Below are positions 48,640-63,061 of a DNA stretch of 64,000 nt, one piece after another. Every line of letters starts with the position of its first letter. The stretch's first letter is position 1. A model generated the notes under the pieces. That model worked only from the letters and a program-made list of their open reading frames with translations, ran no database searches and was not told the origin of the DNA. Where the stretch lies: the NCBI RefSeq assembly GCF_009914755.1, contig NC_060925.1; one strand, given 5' to 3'. Position numbers and translations under genes: made by a program. This stretch comes from the human T2T-CHM13v2.0 reference genome, Homo sapiens.

Positions 48640-50140
48640 TTTCCATAATATCCACACCAATACCAACCCAATCTGCCTAAAATATCATCAGGAATATCCC
48701 CCCAGGATTACCAAATAAACTGCCTTCCCTAGACTTCCACGTATGCTAATATGTCTCCAATCCTAACATCTTTCCAGACTCCCAAAGATTTCCACTATGC
48801 CCTCTGAAATTCACAGCCTGTCATCTCCTATATCCTCAACCTCTTCTATGAACTTTTTAAAACATGTCTAATTAAAACCTAGCTTTCCACTAAGCAACTC
48901 GTCCTTCAGCCATAAAGTCTTCTAACTATTGGCCCTGACTTTGGAAAAGGTGTCCTCTTTGTTCCTCCAAATCATTGTTTTTCCCTTCTCTCTACAGTCC
49001 ATCAGGTTTAAAGATCATGGATTGAAATTCAATATTCAGTATTCAAACTATAAATCTTGTTATTTTAAGTATAAGTAAAATATCTTTCAAATAATCTGTC
49101 ATTTTGGAAATCTGACCTCTTCTCTCTTTTGGTCTTGCCCTTTATAGTACATGTCTTTGCTTGTAACTTATGATTCCTCTTACAAATAAAAGCATTTTCT
49201 TTAATTATGATCTCTGATGAGACCATTGAAAACTCTGTCCTTTTTCTCCCCTTTGCCCACTTGCAATTTTCAACTATTGACTTAGTTTCCAGCATTGTAC
49301 AGCCCCTTTATATCCTCACTTGTTTCCTCATCCAGTCTACATGAATTATTATTATATTCATCCTTATTCTCTGTTATTCTGGCCTGGAAAAACAGCAGCC
49401 TTTCAAAATCCCATTTTCTGTCTACTCTCAAACTTCTCTAGGACAGCTAAACACAGTTGGAAAAAAATGACAACCTTGATGACTGTTCTCACTTTATATT
49501 CATGACCACCAACATCAAATAGACACCAATTCTATTTGATCCATCAATTCTAAGATATTTACAGAATATATATCTATTCTTATACAAACTCCTCTCTCTC
49601 TTTAAACTTTGATTATCTACCCTCCTTTCTTAAATCACAAGAAATAAAGGTGTTATCTATTTTCAAGGAGAAAATATATTTAATCAAGAGGCATTCCACC
49701 ATCTCTCTCCAAAAATATATTACTATATTTGCATCTGTAAACATGCCCTCTGATACCCATTTTCTTAGAAAAGATGGCAGCTGGGTTTGACTTTTTCATA
49801 AACCCCAACCCCATCTTCCTCTTTTCTCCTTAAGGGTATCCCAAGAGCAATCCTTGCTTCTCTTTTTTTTTTTATCATTAATGTTAATCTATCTACTGGA
49901 TTATTTCTATCAGCATACACACAGTACATAACACCTTCCTTCTTTAGTTACAGTCTCTCATCTCAATATCCTTCTGTAGCTATTGCTTCACTCTATACTC
50001 CGTTATATAGTTAATTGCTTTATAATTATGTTTTAAACCTATTACAACCAACTTTACTTGTCTCATTTCCTCTTGACCTCAGTTGAATCAAGGTTTTCTC
50101 ATCATTCTATCAAATTGTTCTCATCAAGCTCAGCGTAACT
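48640..50140 (+). mobile_element. L2 ORF-region fragment
   Basis: Pyrimidine-rich strand; 'ttggaaaaaaatgacaacc...gactgttctcactttatattcatgaccacc' is typical of L2. Confidence 0.6.
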
Positions 50141-50722
50141 TGCCACAATAGCAAATTATGGCATAATAATTTAGAATTCTTTCACTGATTATTTTTTCTT
50201 AAATTCCCAACCACCTTAATAAAAATCAGCTTAGATATTTGATATTTGATATACATTCACAAAGAAAATCTACTGATCTCCCAAATTTTTACATCTAATT
50301 ATATGGTTTCTTAATTCTTCCAGTTATATATGCAAAACCATACAGTCATTGATATTTCCATCAGTCTGTTGTGTTTATTTTTACAACAAAATACTTAGGA
50401 TTTTCTCTATGCATGTTGCAGTATACATTGAGCAACTATTTCTTCATCATGGGGTTTATAATACTCTAATCAAGGCATATAAATTTCTATGATTTAAAGG
50501 GGAATTGCCAACTACATTGGTCATACCTAAATATCTATCTGTTTTTCTAATTTTAAGACATATTTATTAGTTAATATCTCTATATATCCTAAGTGCACAA
50601 AAGTTTTAACTGTAATTAAAACAACCATGAAGAACACAGGTTTATGGAAGTGCTATAAATATAAAGCACACAAATTAGAATGCACAGACAAATACATTAT
50701 TAAGAATAAAAATACTAGGAGA

Positions 50723-51023
50723 ATTTTTTTTTTTTTTTTTTTTTTTTTTTACAGAGTCTCACTCTGTCACCCAGGCTGGAGTGCAGTGGCACAAGGCAAT
50801 CAATCTCAACTCACTGCAACACCCCTCTCCTGGGTTCAAGTGATTCTCATCCCTTAGCCTCCCAAGTAGCTGGGATTACAGGTGTGTGCCACCATGCCTG
50901 GCTACTTTTTACTTTTTAGTAGAAATGGAGTTTTGCCATGTTGTCCAAGTTGATCTTGAACTCCTGGCCTCAAGTGATCTGCCCTCCTCAACCTCCCAGA
51001 ATGCTGGGATTACAGGCGTGAGC
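50723..51023 (-). mobile_element. Alu (AluJ or early AluS), slightly 5'-truncated
   Basis: Poly-T then 'acagagtctcactctgtcacccaggctggagtgcagtgg...gggattacaggcgtgagc'. Confidence 0.93.
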
Positions 51024-51177
51024 AATTTATTAACAGTTGTGTGACCGTGAGAAATTAGCTAACTTTTAGAAAACTGAAGTATCCCATATTGAACATATAA
51101 ATACTTATATTTGGTGGTCACTATCAGAATCACAAATGGTAATATTTTAAATAGTGAGCCATAGCTTTTATGCCTGC

Positions 51178-54100
51178 TAATATAGTTTGGATATTTGTCC
51201 CTACCCAAATCTCATGTTGAGATGTAATCCTCAATGTTGGAGGTGGGGCCTGATGGAAGGTGTTTGGGTCATGGGGGCATATTCCTCATGGCTTTGTTCT
51301 GTCCTTGCAAAAGTCTTTGTGAGATCTGATTAAGAGTGTGTGGCACCTCCCCATCCCCCTCTCTTCCTACTGTTTTTCACCATGTGAAGTGCCTGCTCCT
51401 GCTTTACCTTCAACCATGAGTAAAAGCTTCCTGAAGCCTTCCTGGAAAAAGATGCCAGCAATATGCTTCCTGTACAGCCTGCCACTCAGACCTCTTTTCT
51501 TATAAATTACTGAGTATCAGGTATTTATAGCAACTGCAAGAACTATCTAATATAGAAGATTAGTACCGAACCCAGTAGGGCATTGCTATAAAGATACTTG
51601 AAAATGCGGAAGTAACTTTGGAACTAGGTAATGGACAGAGGTTGAAAGACTTTAGATGGCTCAGATGAAGAAAGAAAGTTGAGGGAAAGTTGGAACTTTT
51701 AGAGACTGGTTAAATGGCTGTAACCAAAATAGTGACAGTGATATGGACAGTGAAGTCCAGGCTTCTGAGGTCTCAGATAAAAATGAGAAATTTATTAAGA
51801 ATGGAGAAAAGGTCACATATGTGATGCCTTAGCAAGGAGCTTGGCTCCATTCCATTCATGCCTTAGGGTTCTGTAAAAGTTTTTACTTGAGAAACATATT
51901 TTACAATATCTGGTGGAATAAATTTCTAAGCAGCAAAGCATTCAAATGTGCCTCACTGCTTCTAACAGCCTATGCTGAGATACAGGAGCAAATAAATGAC
52001 TTAAAGTTGAAATATCTATTTAAAAGAAAAACAGAGAGTAAAAGTTGGGAAATTTCACAGACTGGACATATGGCAGAGGAGGAAAAAGCTGTTTAGGGAG
52101 AGGAATTCAATCAGGTTGTGGAACAACCACTTGATAGAAAAATTTGCATAACTAAAAGAGAAAGTGTTAATATTCAGACAATGGGAAAAAGGCCTTGAAG
52201 GAATTTCAGTGCCCTTCACGGCAGCTCCTCCCATCACAGGTCCAGAGGCTTAAGAAGGAAGAAAGATTTCATGGGCCAGGCTCAGGGCCCTACTGCACTG
52301 TGCAACCTTGGGACACTGCTTTCCACACCCTGGCCACTCTGGCTCCAGCTTCAGCTCAAAGGGGTCTAGGTACAGCTTGAGATGCTGCTCCAGCTCCAGA
52401 GAGTACAAAATGTAACCCTTGGCAGCTTCCACATTATGGTGTTAAGACTTCAGGAACACATAATGCAAAAGTGAAGGAGGCTTGGAAGCCTTCACAAAGA
52501 TTTCAGAGCATGTAAGGAAAAGCCTGTATGTTCAGGCCAAAACCTGCTGCAGAGGTGGAGCCCACACAGGGAAACTCTAACAGGACAGTGTGGAAGATAA
52601 ATTGGGGTTGGAGGTTCCATAAAGTCCCCAGTGGGTCACTACCTAGTGGAACTGCGGAAAGGGGGCTGCTGTCTTCCATACCCCAGAATGGTAGATCCAC
52701 TGGTATCTTGCACTCTGCACCTAGAAAAGCTGCAGGCGTTCAATAACCTGTGAGACCAACCACAGGGTCTGAATGCTGCAAAACTTCAGGGGTGAAGCTG
52801 CCCAAGACCTTGGAAGTCCAGCCCTTGCACCAGTTTCCCTAGGATGTAGGACATGGAATCAAAGGAGATTATTGTGTAACTTTAAGATTTAATGATTGGC
52901 TTGCTGTATTTCAAACTTGCATGGGGCCTACAGCCCCTCTTGTTTGACTTATTTCTCCCTTTTGGAATAAGAATGTTCTTTTCCAATGCCTATACTCCTG
53001 TGAAAGGAAAATAAATCTCAGGATCCCCAAATCACTAAGTCAAGAGAAAAGTCGAGGTGGGAACTATGTCAGCCAAACCTGCCTCCCATTTTATTCCTAA
53101 ATAGGATAGCTACCAAGATAAGAAGCTACATACCTCTCTCACATTTTGCCCACAGGAAATTTCTTGTGGACAAATGACAGACAGAACTCAAAAGTCATCC
53201 CTCTAAGTTTCACCTGAGACAAATACATATCTGATTGCTTCCTCTGCCCTATTGTTTATGTAAAGATGCACATTTACTGAGCCAGACTAAATTTTGAATT
53301 GAGTCAAAGACTGAACAAGAACTCAAAATACTGCAACCTATTGTCTCTTATCTACTTCTAACCTGAAAGCTCCCACTTCGAGCTGTCCCACTCTACTGGA
53401 TCAAACTAAGGTACATCCTACACATATTGATGGATGTGCCATATCTCCCTAAAATGTATAAAAGCACACTGTACCCATGACCACCTTGGGCACATGTTGC
53501 CAGGACTTCCTGATGCTGTGTCAGGGTGCATCTTTAGCTGTGGCAAAATAAACTTTCCAAATGGAGTGAGACCTGTTGTAGATATTTTGGGTTAACAGTT
53601 TCATTGTATCTTGGAAGTAGATAACTTGTTTTTGATTTTACAAGCTCATTAGTAGAAGTCTTGCCTTGTTTTAGATGAAACTTTGGACCTTGGACTTTTG
53701 AGTTAATGCTGAAACAAGTTAACAATTTGGGGAACTTTTGAAAAAGCATGATTGTATTTTGGAACCTAAGAAGGACATGAGATTTTGGGAAGACCAGGGG
53801 CAGAATGATATAGTTTGGATATTTGTCCCTGCCTAAATCTTATGTTGCAATGTGTCCTCAATGTTGGGGGTGTGGTCTGGTGGGAGGTGTTTGGGTCATG
53901 GGCGAAGATTGCTCGTGGCTTGGTGCGGTCCTTGTAATAGTGAGAACTGGTGATATCTGGTTAAGTGTGTAACACACTCCCACTCTCGCCCCACTCTTAG
54001 TCCTTTTTTAGCCATGTGAAGTGCCTGCTCTTACTTTGCCTTGCACCGTGAATAAAAGCTTTTTGAGTCCTCCCCAGAAGAAGATGCTGACACCACGCTT

Positions 54101-54200
54101 TCTGTACAGCTTCAGAACCATGAGCCAATTAAACTTCTTCTCTTATAAATTACCCCGTCTCAGGTATTTCTTCGCAGCAATGCAAGAACGGCCTGATACA
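51178..54200 (+). mobile_element. Full-length MST (MSTA/B-like) MaLR provirus: 5' LTR 51178-51554, 3' LTR 53806-54200
   Basis: Two LTRs starting 'atatagtttggatatttgtcc'; MST-internal region; perfect 5-bp TSD cctgc (51173-51177 / 54201-54205). Confidence 0.92.
52999..53597 (+). mobile_element. MER4A-like ERV1 solo LTR nested in the MST internal region
   Basis: 'tgtgaaaggaaaataaatctc...ccccaaatcactaag...gaccaccttgggcacatg...ttttgggttaaca'. Confidence 0.85.
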
Positions 54201-55123
54201 CCTGCCACGTAACAAAGACTAAATAAGAGTTAGTAATCATTATTATTGGTGTATTTTTTAGATAATTTGCCAGATTCTTTTCTGAACTCTGTATTATATG
54301 CATTTTCAAAGTTTTATGTGTTTTTTGAAGTGTATGATATATATGCAGTATGGCCTTTGACTGAGATTGGAACTATTGCAGCTACATGCAAGAACTTAAC
54401 TACAAACTCATAAGAAAACTTGTAGTATAAACAATAGACTAAGCCATTCCTGTGTAAGGAAATAAGTGCATATTGCTTTAAATTACTAACTTTTGTGTTA
54501 ATTTCTCCTGCAGCAATAAACAACTAAAATATCAGATTTAAAAGGAAAAACGGAAGTTTGGTTTTGTACACTGTGGCAGAAGCCTGTAGTCCAACTCCAC
54601 TTGGCCCAATTTATTTTAGCAAAGGTATGATGAACAATTCCATAGTTTACTGGTTTCCAACCAAGAATGTATCATAGTATTGCTCTGTTTTTTGTTTGTT
54701 TGTTTGTTTGTTTGTTTTTTACCAGATGTAGGCACAACTCTGAAGTGCAAGGGAGACAAAAAGGTTTTGCTTCAGATCGTGTTTCTAAGGTATACAAATT
54801 AAAAATATTATGTTTGAAATGCTGACTAGCTGTCTAAGTTGTAATGTTGAGTAGGCAATTTAATATAATGTCTGTAATTCAATATAGAGCTCTGCGCTAA
54901 AGACAAATTTGACAGTTGTCAGAAAATATATAATATTTAAAGCTAAAAGTCTGGATGATCTTCCAAAGGAGTAAAGGCAGAAAAACATATCAAGTACAAG
55001 AAGTATGTTATGAGGCACTTCAATAATTTTTGCTTCTAAATAAAACAGAAACTCCGATACTCTTATCTATTCTGCATTGTCAGATATTTTTCTTATGCTA
55101 GTAATATAATATATACAAACATG

Positions 55124-55764
55124 TGTATTAGAGATCTCCAGAATATTAGGCCAATAGGATGTGCAGGTAAATACATAGATAGGTAAGTAGATAGGTAGAT
55201 AGATAGATAGGAAGATTACATAGATAGGTAGACATACAGGCAGATAGATAGATGATAGATATAGATAGATAGATAGATAATCATTATTGTAAAAAAAAAA
55301 GGTTCACATAATTTTTTGGAGGCTGACAACTCTCAATATCTGCAGTAGGTAAGCTCAAGGCCAAGGAGAGCTGACAGCATAATGCCAGTTTAAGTCCAAA
55401 GGCCCGAGAACAAGGAGAACCAATGATGTAGTTCCATTCCAAAAGCTGTCAGTCTCAAGACCCAGGAAGGGGTAATGTTTGAATTTGAGTCCAGAAACAA
55501 ATGCCTGTCCCAACTGAAAAGCAGTCAAGCAGGAGGAATTCCCTCTTATTCTGGGGATGGTCAGTATTTTGTTCCACTGATGCCTTCCACAGTGTGAATG
55601 AGACGTACTCATATTAGGGGGAGCAATCTGCTTTATCCAGGCTATCAATGCAAAGGTTAAATTCATCCAAAAGCACCCTCACAAAAACAAAGAACATAAT
55701 GTTTGACCAAATATCTGGGTACTCCATGGCCCAGTCAAATTCTCATACAAAATTAACCATCACA
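55124..55764 (-). mobile_element. MLT2B-like solo LTR containing a (TAGA)n STR at ~55175-55280
   Basis: 'tgtattag...ataatgtttgaccaaatatctggg...aaaattaaccatcaca'. Confidence 0.82.
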
Positions 55765-56718
55765 ACCTACATATATATGCCTTTACAAAGAGTTTACTTA
55801 TGTATTTCTTCCATATTTCTTCAACCCCCCAAATTCTTAATCTTGAGTGCTTAAAAAGTTTTTCATTTCGAAACTAAGTTGGACATTTGTAAATTTTATT
55901 TAAAAATAACTTCAAACATAAAAAGTTGTACAAATACAAATATTTTAAGAAATATCATTATATCTTTTATTCACACTCAGCCATTGTTAATATTTTGCCC
56001 CATTTTCTCTATCACTTATTTGCTTGTACACACTCTCTCACACTCACTGTAAATAGACTTGTATCTGCATAATGTTTGAAATATCTGATGGTTAGTTGCA
56101 TATATCATGGTGCTTTACCTATAAATATTTCTATGTGCATTTCCTAACAATTTGGATATTCTCTCATATAACCACAGTCCATTTAGAAAAGTTATAACAA
56201 TATTTATATAATTACTCATATAAGTTGCTACTCATAATCCAAATTTGTTGACTGATTTCATGATTTTTTTATAGCATTTCTACCCCTTTAGTACAGGATC
56301 TAATTTAGGGTCAGGTATTGCAATTCTTCCTCATGTCTTTTAGTCTTTTTAATTTGGAACACTTTCATGGCCAATTTTTGTCATTTTGACATTGACATTT
56401 TTTCTGAAAACAGTATGCTAACATTTATTTCTCAAATAGAGTATTTCTCAATTTCTGCTTTTCAGATGTTTCCTCATGATTAGGTTGAGGCTATGCATTA
56501 CTGATCAAAATACTACATAGATGATTGTGTCTTCTCAGGATATAACATCTAGAAGAAAATCATATCCATCTGCCACTCACAGTTGATGCCAGTCAGACTA
56601 TTGAATTATTTTTCAGTTTTTAATTACGATTTTGTTTTGATGGTTTTTTTCCTTCCAACTAAAAAGCAGTCTGTTGGGACACTGGAATATCCTCCTCTTT
56701 ATTCAAACCTGCCTCTTA

Positions 56719-57100
<382 letters not shown>

Positions 57101-57666
57101 GATACATTTTTCAATTTCAGCATTCCCTCCACGTTTACAACTCTGATATCTTACTGTGCAAAAAAGCCCTCAGTTCTGATATGTGTTTGTGTGGGTATGT
57201 GTGTGTAATATAAAAATTGGCAATATATTTACATATATTTTAATATATATAACATTAATAAATATGTAAATAATTAAATTGAGGTAATTACATGAATTCT
57301 TATTTTCAATGTTTTATAATTAATTTAATTATCTGGGTCCTCAAATGGCCCCTATTTGCATAGTGAATCCTCTTCAAGCAAGGTAGCTCCTGTTTCCTTG
57401 TGACTTGCCTCCATTCTTACTTTCTTGCATAAATGATGTTCTAGATTTATCTCATACCTAACCTGCCACAGACCTGTAATCATCCATGTGTTCAAGAATC
57501 TCTTTTGATAGAGATCAAGATCTGAGTACTAAGTGTTCTCATGTCCAGTGGGGTATGTTTGCTTTGTTGCCCTTTCTTTGAAAAGGATTAGGAAATTAAT
57601 GCACTCGTGCACATATACATATCCACACTTGCAAATATAAACAGACATGTACATATACAGGCATAC

Positions 57667-58146
57667 TGTGAAAGAAAAATAAATCTGGGGGTCCCCAAAT
57701 CACTAAGCTAAAAGAAGCTAAAAGAAAAAGCCAAGCTAGAAACTGCTTAGGGACAAACTGCCTCCCATTCTATTCAAAGTCACCCCTCTGCTCACTGAAA
57801 TAAATGCATATCTGATTTCCTCCTTTGGACAGGCTAACCAGTAATTCAAAAGAATGCAAACATTTGTCTCTTATTAACCTATGAGTTGGAAGCCCCCGCC
57901 CCACTTTGAGTCTTCCCGCTTTTGCTTCGAGTTGTCCTGTCTTTCCAGACTGAACCAATGTTCATCTTGCGTATGTTGATTAATGTCTCATGTCTCCCTA
58001 GAATGTACGAAAGCAAACTATGCTCTGACCACCTTGGGCACATGTCGTCAGAACGCCTTGAGACTGTGTCACGGGCACGCATCCTCAATGCTGGCAAAAT
58101 CAACTCTAAATTAACTGAGACATGTCTTAGATTTTTGGGGTTCACA
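57667..58146 (+). mobile_element. MER4A1-like solo LTR
   Basis: tgtgaaag...ggggttcaca; 4-bp TSD atac (57663-57666 / 58147-58150). Confidence 0.88.
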
Positions 58147-58524
58147 ATACACTCACATATAATATATGCATATGCTTATAAATATATGTATATGTACATT
58201 TACATATTTTAAGAATCATAAGTTTGCAAAGGTACTTCCAGTTCTAATCCATTATCATGTGCTCTTTTATTGTTTTCCCCATTTGTTTATTTTCCACACT
58301 GAGAATGGAGAATCCCACCAACAATCATCAGCACGTTTGATTCAATTAATTCTATATTTCATGGAAATTAATTTCAGAACTTAAACTTCACTTACCACTA
58401 CATATCTACTAAAACTACATCAGAGTGTTTTGCACTTTATTCCTTAATCCTCACAGCCCATCCTGCTCCAGACTCGGTACACAATCAACTAGTATCTATG
58501 TGTTAATAAGTCAACAGGAGAAGT

Positions 58525-58749
58525 TTTTTTTTCATTATTTCTTTCTCTTCTTTCTTATTTCCTTCTTTTCTTCTTTGTCTTTCTTTCTTCCTTCCTTTCT
58601 TCCTACCTTCCTTTTTTCCTTTCTATTCCTTTCCTTTTTTTCCTTTTTTCTCCCTCTCTCCTCCTTCTTTTCTTCCTTCCTTCTTTTCTTCCTTTATCTT
58701 TCCTTCCCTCCTTTTTCTTCTTTCATTTTTCCCTTTCTTTCTCTTCCTG
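58525..58749. repeat. Polypyrimidine low-complexity (TTCC/TTTC) tract
   Basis: ~220 nt that are almost entirely C/T. Confidence 0.9.
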
Positions 58750-59727
58750 CAGTGCGGTTAGTGTACTCACCTGAAATATAATTAAATTTATTTGTTGTCT
58801 TTTAAAGTGGGTTTCTTCCCCCTTTCATATTCTTACCGATTTAATTTCTTTTTATAACAATGATATTAATATGTTTTTAAAAGTCAAAGTGGTTTAAAAA
58901 GATAAACTTCAAGAAGTGCCTTGTCACTCACTCCCTTCAACCCATCCTTTGTACTAACTTTATTTATTTGTACTTCTAGTGCTTCTTTTTGTAATGAGAA
59001 AAAGACACATGTCAATTTTCATTTCTTTCTTACAAGCAAGGTAGCATACTATGTATATTCCTTTACATTTTTTTCACTAAATAGTATATACTGAAAATCA
59101 CTCTAAATCAGTTTCACGTAGCTCTTTCTCAATTTTTGTAAAGCTGCATTAAAAGCCACTGCAATCACCAATACACTTCCTTTTCATGTCATTTTCATTG
59201 GATATTCAGTAATTACTTCAAACTCAGTATTTAAAACGGAGATCACCATTTTGTTCCACAAAATAACCTCCAAGGAGAAATTCAGTTTTTGTTTGTGGTA
59301 TCTTTGTAACTTTTTAGGCCACTAAATAATTACTCCTGTTTTTACTCATTTACCTATCATTGTTATCATAGTTATACAACTATCATCCTTAAAATCATTT
59401 TATTCTTACAATACTTTCTACCTCATCATTGCTGCTACTTCAGTTCACAACATTTCCATCTTGTAGATATTTCATTGCCTTTGGGATTCTCCTTCTATTT
59501 TAATCTCATTTACATTTACTTGTCCATCTAAGATTTCTATAATATTATTTCCTGACATTCATCTGGGTTCAAAACCTACAACAGCCCCTCATTATTTACT
59601 TCTAGATGCTAAGAACCTTTCTATCAGTGCTTTTCTGGTTTATGCCAACTATTATTTATAATATCTCATATCTTGATCATATATTATGGGTTTACTTTGG
59701 CTTGTCTGCATTTGATTAAGCTGTTCA

Positions 59728-60769
59728 TTTAAACTGGGATACACTCCTCATTCAGCCATCTAAATTTGTCACATTTCATGATTCTCCTGCGACAACTCTG
59801 GACCACATTCCTTTGAAACTCAACCACCTTCCTCATAATTCCTGAGATATTTTATAATTACATGAAAATCATTTATGTATCTATGTTCATCTTTATAACT
59901 TTATGAGATGTATCTTATAAAACAAAGCATAAATGTTAATAATTATTAAATATTTTCTGAATATTTACAATAAAACATAATTTAAAATATTCTGTTATAT
60001 TTTATCATAATATTTTATAATTTATTTTACTTGTATATTTTCTTGATTAATTTTAATTTTAATTAGTATTTTTATTAATAATAAAGTCATTTTAGCTTAC
60101 TCCAAGCCAAGAATCTTAGTATTTAAGATATTCTTTTACAGATTTACACTGAGCCAGTGTTGTTAATATGAAAATATTTTCCAAGATTGATGGACTTTTC
60201 ATCTTAATTTAGTCAATGGTATGTTAGATATTATTATGACAGAAATAAATTAAGAGCAACATATCTGTACATTAGCCTATTCTATTTCAGCTTCTTAAAA
60301 TAGCTGATAGTCCTCCTGCACATTGTATATTGTGTATTTATGTTAATTATTGAAGTAACCGGGACTGAAGTCTTTACTGGGGATATCAATTTAATATTCA
60401 TGTGTAACTATCCATACACTCTTATTTAGTAAACACTGATGATTTTGTTTGAATTAAGACCTTCTAGCTTCAATAACCATTGTCATTATGGATGGTGTTC
60501 TTGCGATAAAAATGAAAAATATATCAGTTTAAACTGGGATGTTCTCCTCATTGGATCATCTAAATTTGTTATATTTCATGATTCTCCTGCAACAACTCTG
60601 GAACACATTCCATTGAAATTCGACTACCTTCTTCATAATTCCTAAGATATTTTATAATTGCATGCAAATTTCTTATGTATATTATGTTATGTTCTTATGT
60701 ATATTATGGTATATTATGTTATATAAAATTTCTTATGTATATTATATTATATTATGTTCATCTTTATAA
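59728..60769. repeat. Diverged ~170-bp direct repeat pair (59728-59898 and 60528-60769)
   Basis: Both copies read tttaaactgggat...catctaaatttgt...atttcatgattctcctgc...tatgttcatctttataa. Confidence 0.92.
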
Positions 60770-62476
60770 GCCCTTCTTTGCCTAATGGAGCCCCTTCAAA
60801 CAAGATGGACCCTCTTCCTTTGTGACTTTCAAAGAGTTGTAAGCACCAGCTAGACTATTGCACAGTGCATTTTTAACGTCTTGGTTTATTTTCCCCATTG
60901 CTACCATTAACAACACGTTTGGATTACTGACAAGTCTATATAGTTTTTGTTGTAGCCTAAGAATGTAAGGATGTATACAACGTATGCCAAACGTTTGATT
61001 AGGATAGTAAATACAACTGGAGTTCAGGAAAAGCTATGGCATTTCCAGTGAACCAAGTGACAGGAGAGGTCATTTTCGGGAGACTAGAGGATAAAAGTTT
61101 AGAGAAGTCTTAAGAACAGATTTTCATCCGTGAATTCCAGACTCAGGAGTATGGGTTCCAATGTAGGCTTTCAAATCTGATCTTTCAGATGTAAAATATA
61201 ATACTAACTTCAAATGATTAATATGTTTATGTGACTTACAATTCATTTTAGTGGCAATAAACGCGTTAAGAATTGGTTGAAACAGGCAGAAAATGTGAAC
61301 TGCCTGGAAGAAGGGTATGTATTAAATTCTCATTACAGTTGCAAATTCAGACTCCATCTTTGGGTTTTCATTTACAGTAAAAGCACACTTTTGCTGCATT
61401 TATAGAAGATTATTAATCTGAACTCTTTTTCCTTTCAGTGCAGTTATTTGTATCAGATGAACATTAAGACCTTACTTCTATTACTTTAAAAAGGTCTTGA
61501 CCACCAGATAAAATCCATTAAGGAAAATTCCACTTACATTGATACCATGTTGCCTCTTCAAGACTGGTAAAGTGCAAAAAATCTAAAATTCTCAGTACAG
61601 TAATTACAACTTCAGAGAAATTCTCAGAATGGATAATGTAACAAAGTAACTTCTTATCATTTCTGGACTTCGAATAAAGGACAAAAAGTTAATTGACTAA
61701 AATGATAACGTTTAGCTTTGGAATGAAAGCACATTAACCTGTAAAGTCAATTTATTTCATTGAAAATAAATGATTTTACCTCACTACATTTTCACTGTAG
61801 AAAGCAATTGTGGGAAAGAAACATCATTAAACCATAAATTGCGAATATTAACAAAAGTTATTAGTAATGGTTAAATAAATTCACTTTTATAGCATTCATA
61901 TAAACATGGCAGGCACACAAATGTGTGTGATTATCTTAGAACAGTTGAGACACCATTCGAAGCATGCACTTATATATTCTCTAGAATCTGCTTTAATCAG
62001 AGGAGCACATAAATATGAGATGATGCATGATAAGCAATAAAGAGACATGGGTTGAGAAACTATGAGTTAACAATGTTTGCAATATATTGAGAACTATATA
62101 AATAAATAGATATTTCAAACTGCATAATTAAGGATGTCTCTTTAAACAAGGAGTGGTTTTATTTAAAAGTGTATTTCCATCCACAAAAAGCATATGGCAA
62201 GTGGAATAATTGCTGTGTTATAAACCCCATGTAACTTTAACTTAAACAAAAAAAGGAATCATTAGCCACAGTACTGAGCTTTGTTACTCAAAGAATAGCC
62301 TTCATTCTAAGGCTGTAGTTGGCCAAAGGTTTGATGTAAATGTCTTGTTTTAATTATCTGAAAATTATTGTTAATTCAAAGTCGTAGAATAAGAAAAATT
62401 TGTTTACTATAAACTTTGGATCAGTCCATTATTTCTATCATTGTTGAATTGTTGAGCAGAATAAGTACTGTATGAG

Positions 62477-62522
62477 TATCTGAGGCTCATACAAGTCATT
62501 TAATCTGTATGAGCCTCAGATA
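62477..62522. repeat. Perfect 17-bp inverted repeat with a 12-nt loop inside a MIR relic (~62460-62620)
   Basis: tatctgaggctcataca / tgtatgagcctcagata. Confidence 0.92.
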
Positions 62523-62655
62523 GTAGTATGATAATAGCAATAATCTACATTTTTATCGTTACTAGGATGGCTAGGAGGATGATTAAGTGTAATAATCTGG
62601 GTGTGAACATTTTTACGTAATGAAACTCAGAATTGATATTAACTAATTTGATCCA

Positions 62656-63061
62656 TGTGTTAGGCCACTCTTTTTTCATTTCTATAAAGTAATACCTGAG
62701 GCTAGGTAATTTTTAAAGAAAAGTGATTTAATTGGCTCACAGTTCTGCAGGCTGTATAGGAAGGGTGGTGCTGACATCTGCTTTGGGTGAGGTTTCAGGT
62801 AGCTCAGAATCATGGTGGAAGTCAAATGGGAGGCAGACTTGTAACATGGCAAGAGTGGGAGCAAGAGAGAAAGAGGTGGGAGGTGCCAAAACAACCAGAT
62901 CTCACATGAGCTCAGAGCAAGAATTCACTTATCACCAAGAAGATGGTGCTAAGACATTTATGAGGATATGCCTCAATCACCTCCCACCAGGCCACATTTT
63001 CAACATAGGGAATCACATTTCAACACAAGATTTTGAGGGCACAAACATCCAAAGCATAATG
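62656..63061 (-). mobile_element. MST (A/B-like) solo LTR
   Basis: 'tgtgttaggcc...tttaattggctcacagttctgcaggctgtatagg...acaaacatccaaa'. Confidence 0.85.

Noticed and set aside
58425-58781. 118-aa F/S/L-rich ORF resembling a membrane protein
   Set aside because: It is a translation of a polypyrimidine low-complexity tract.
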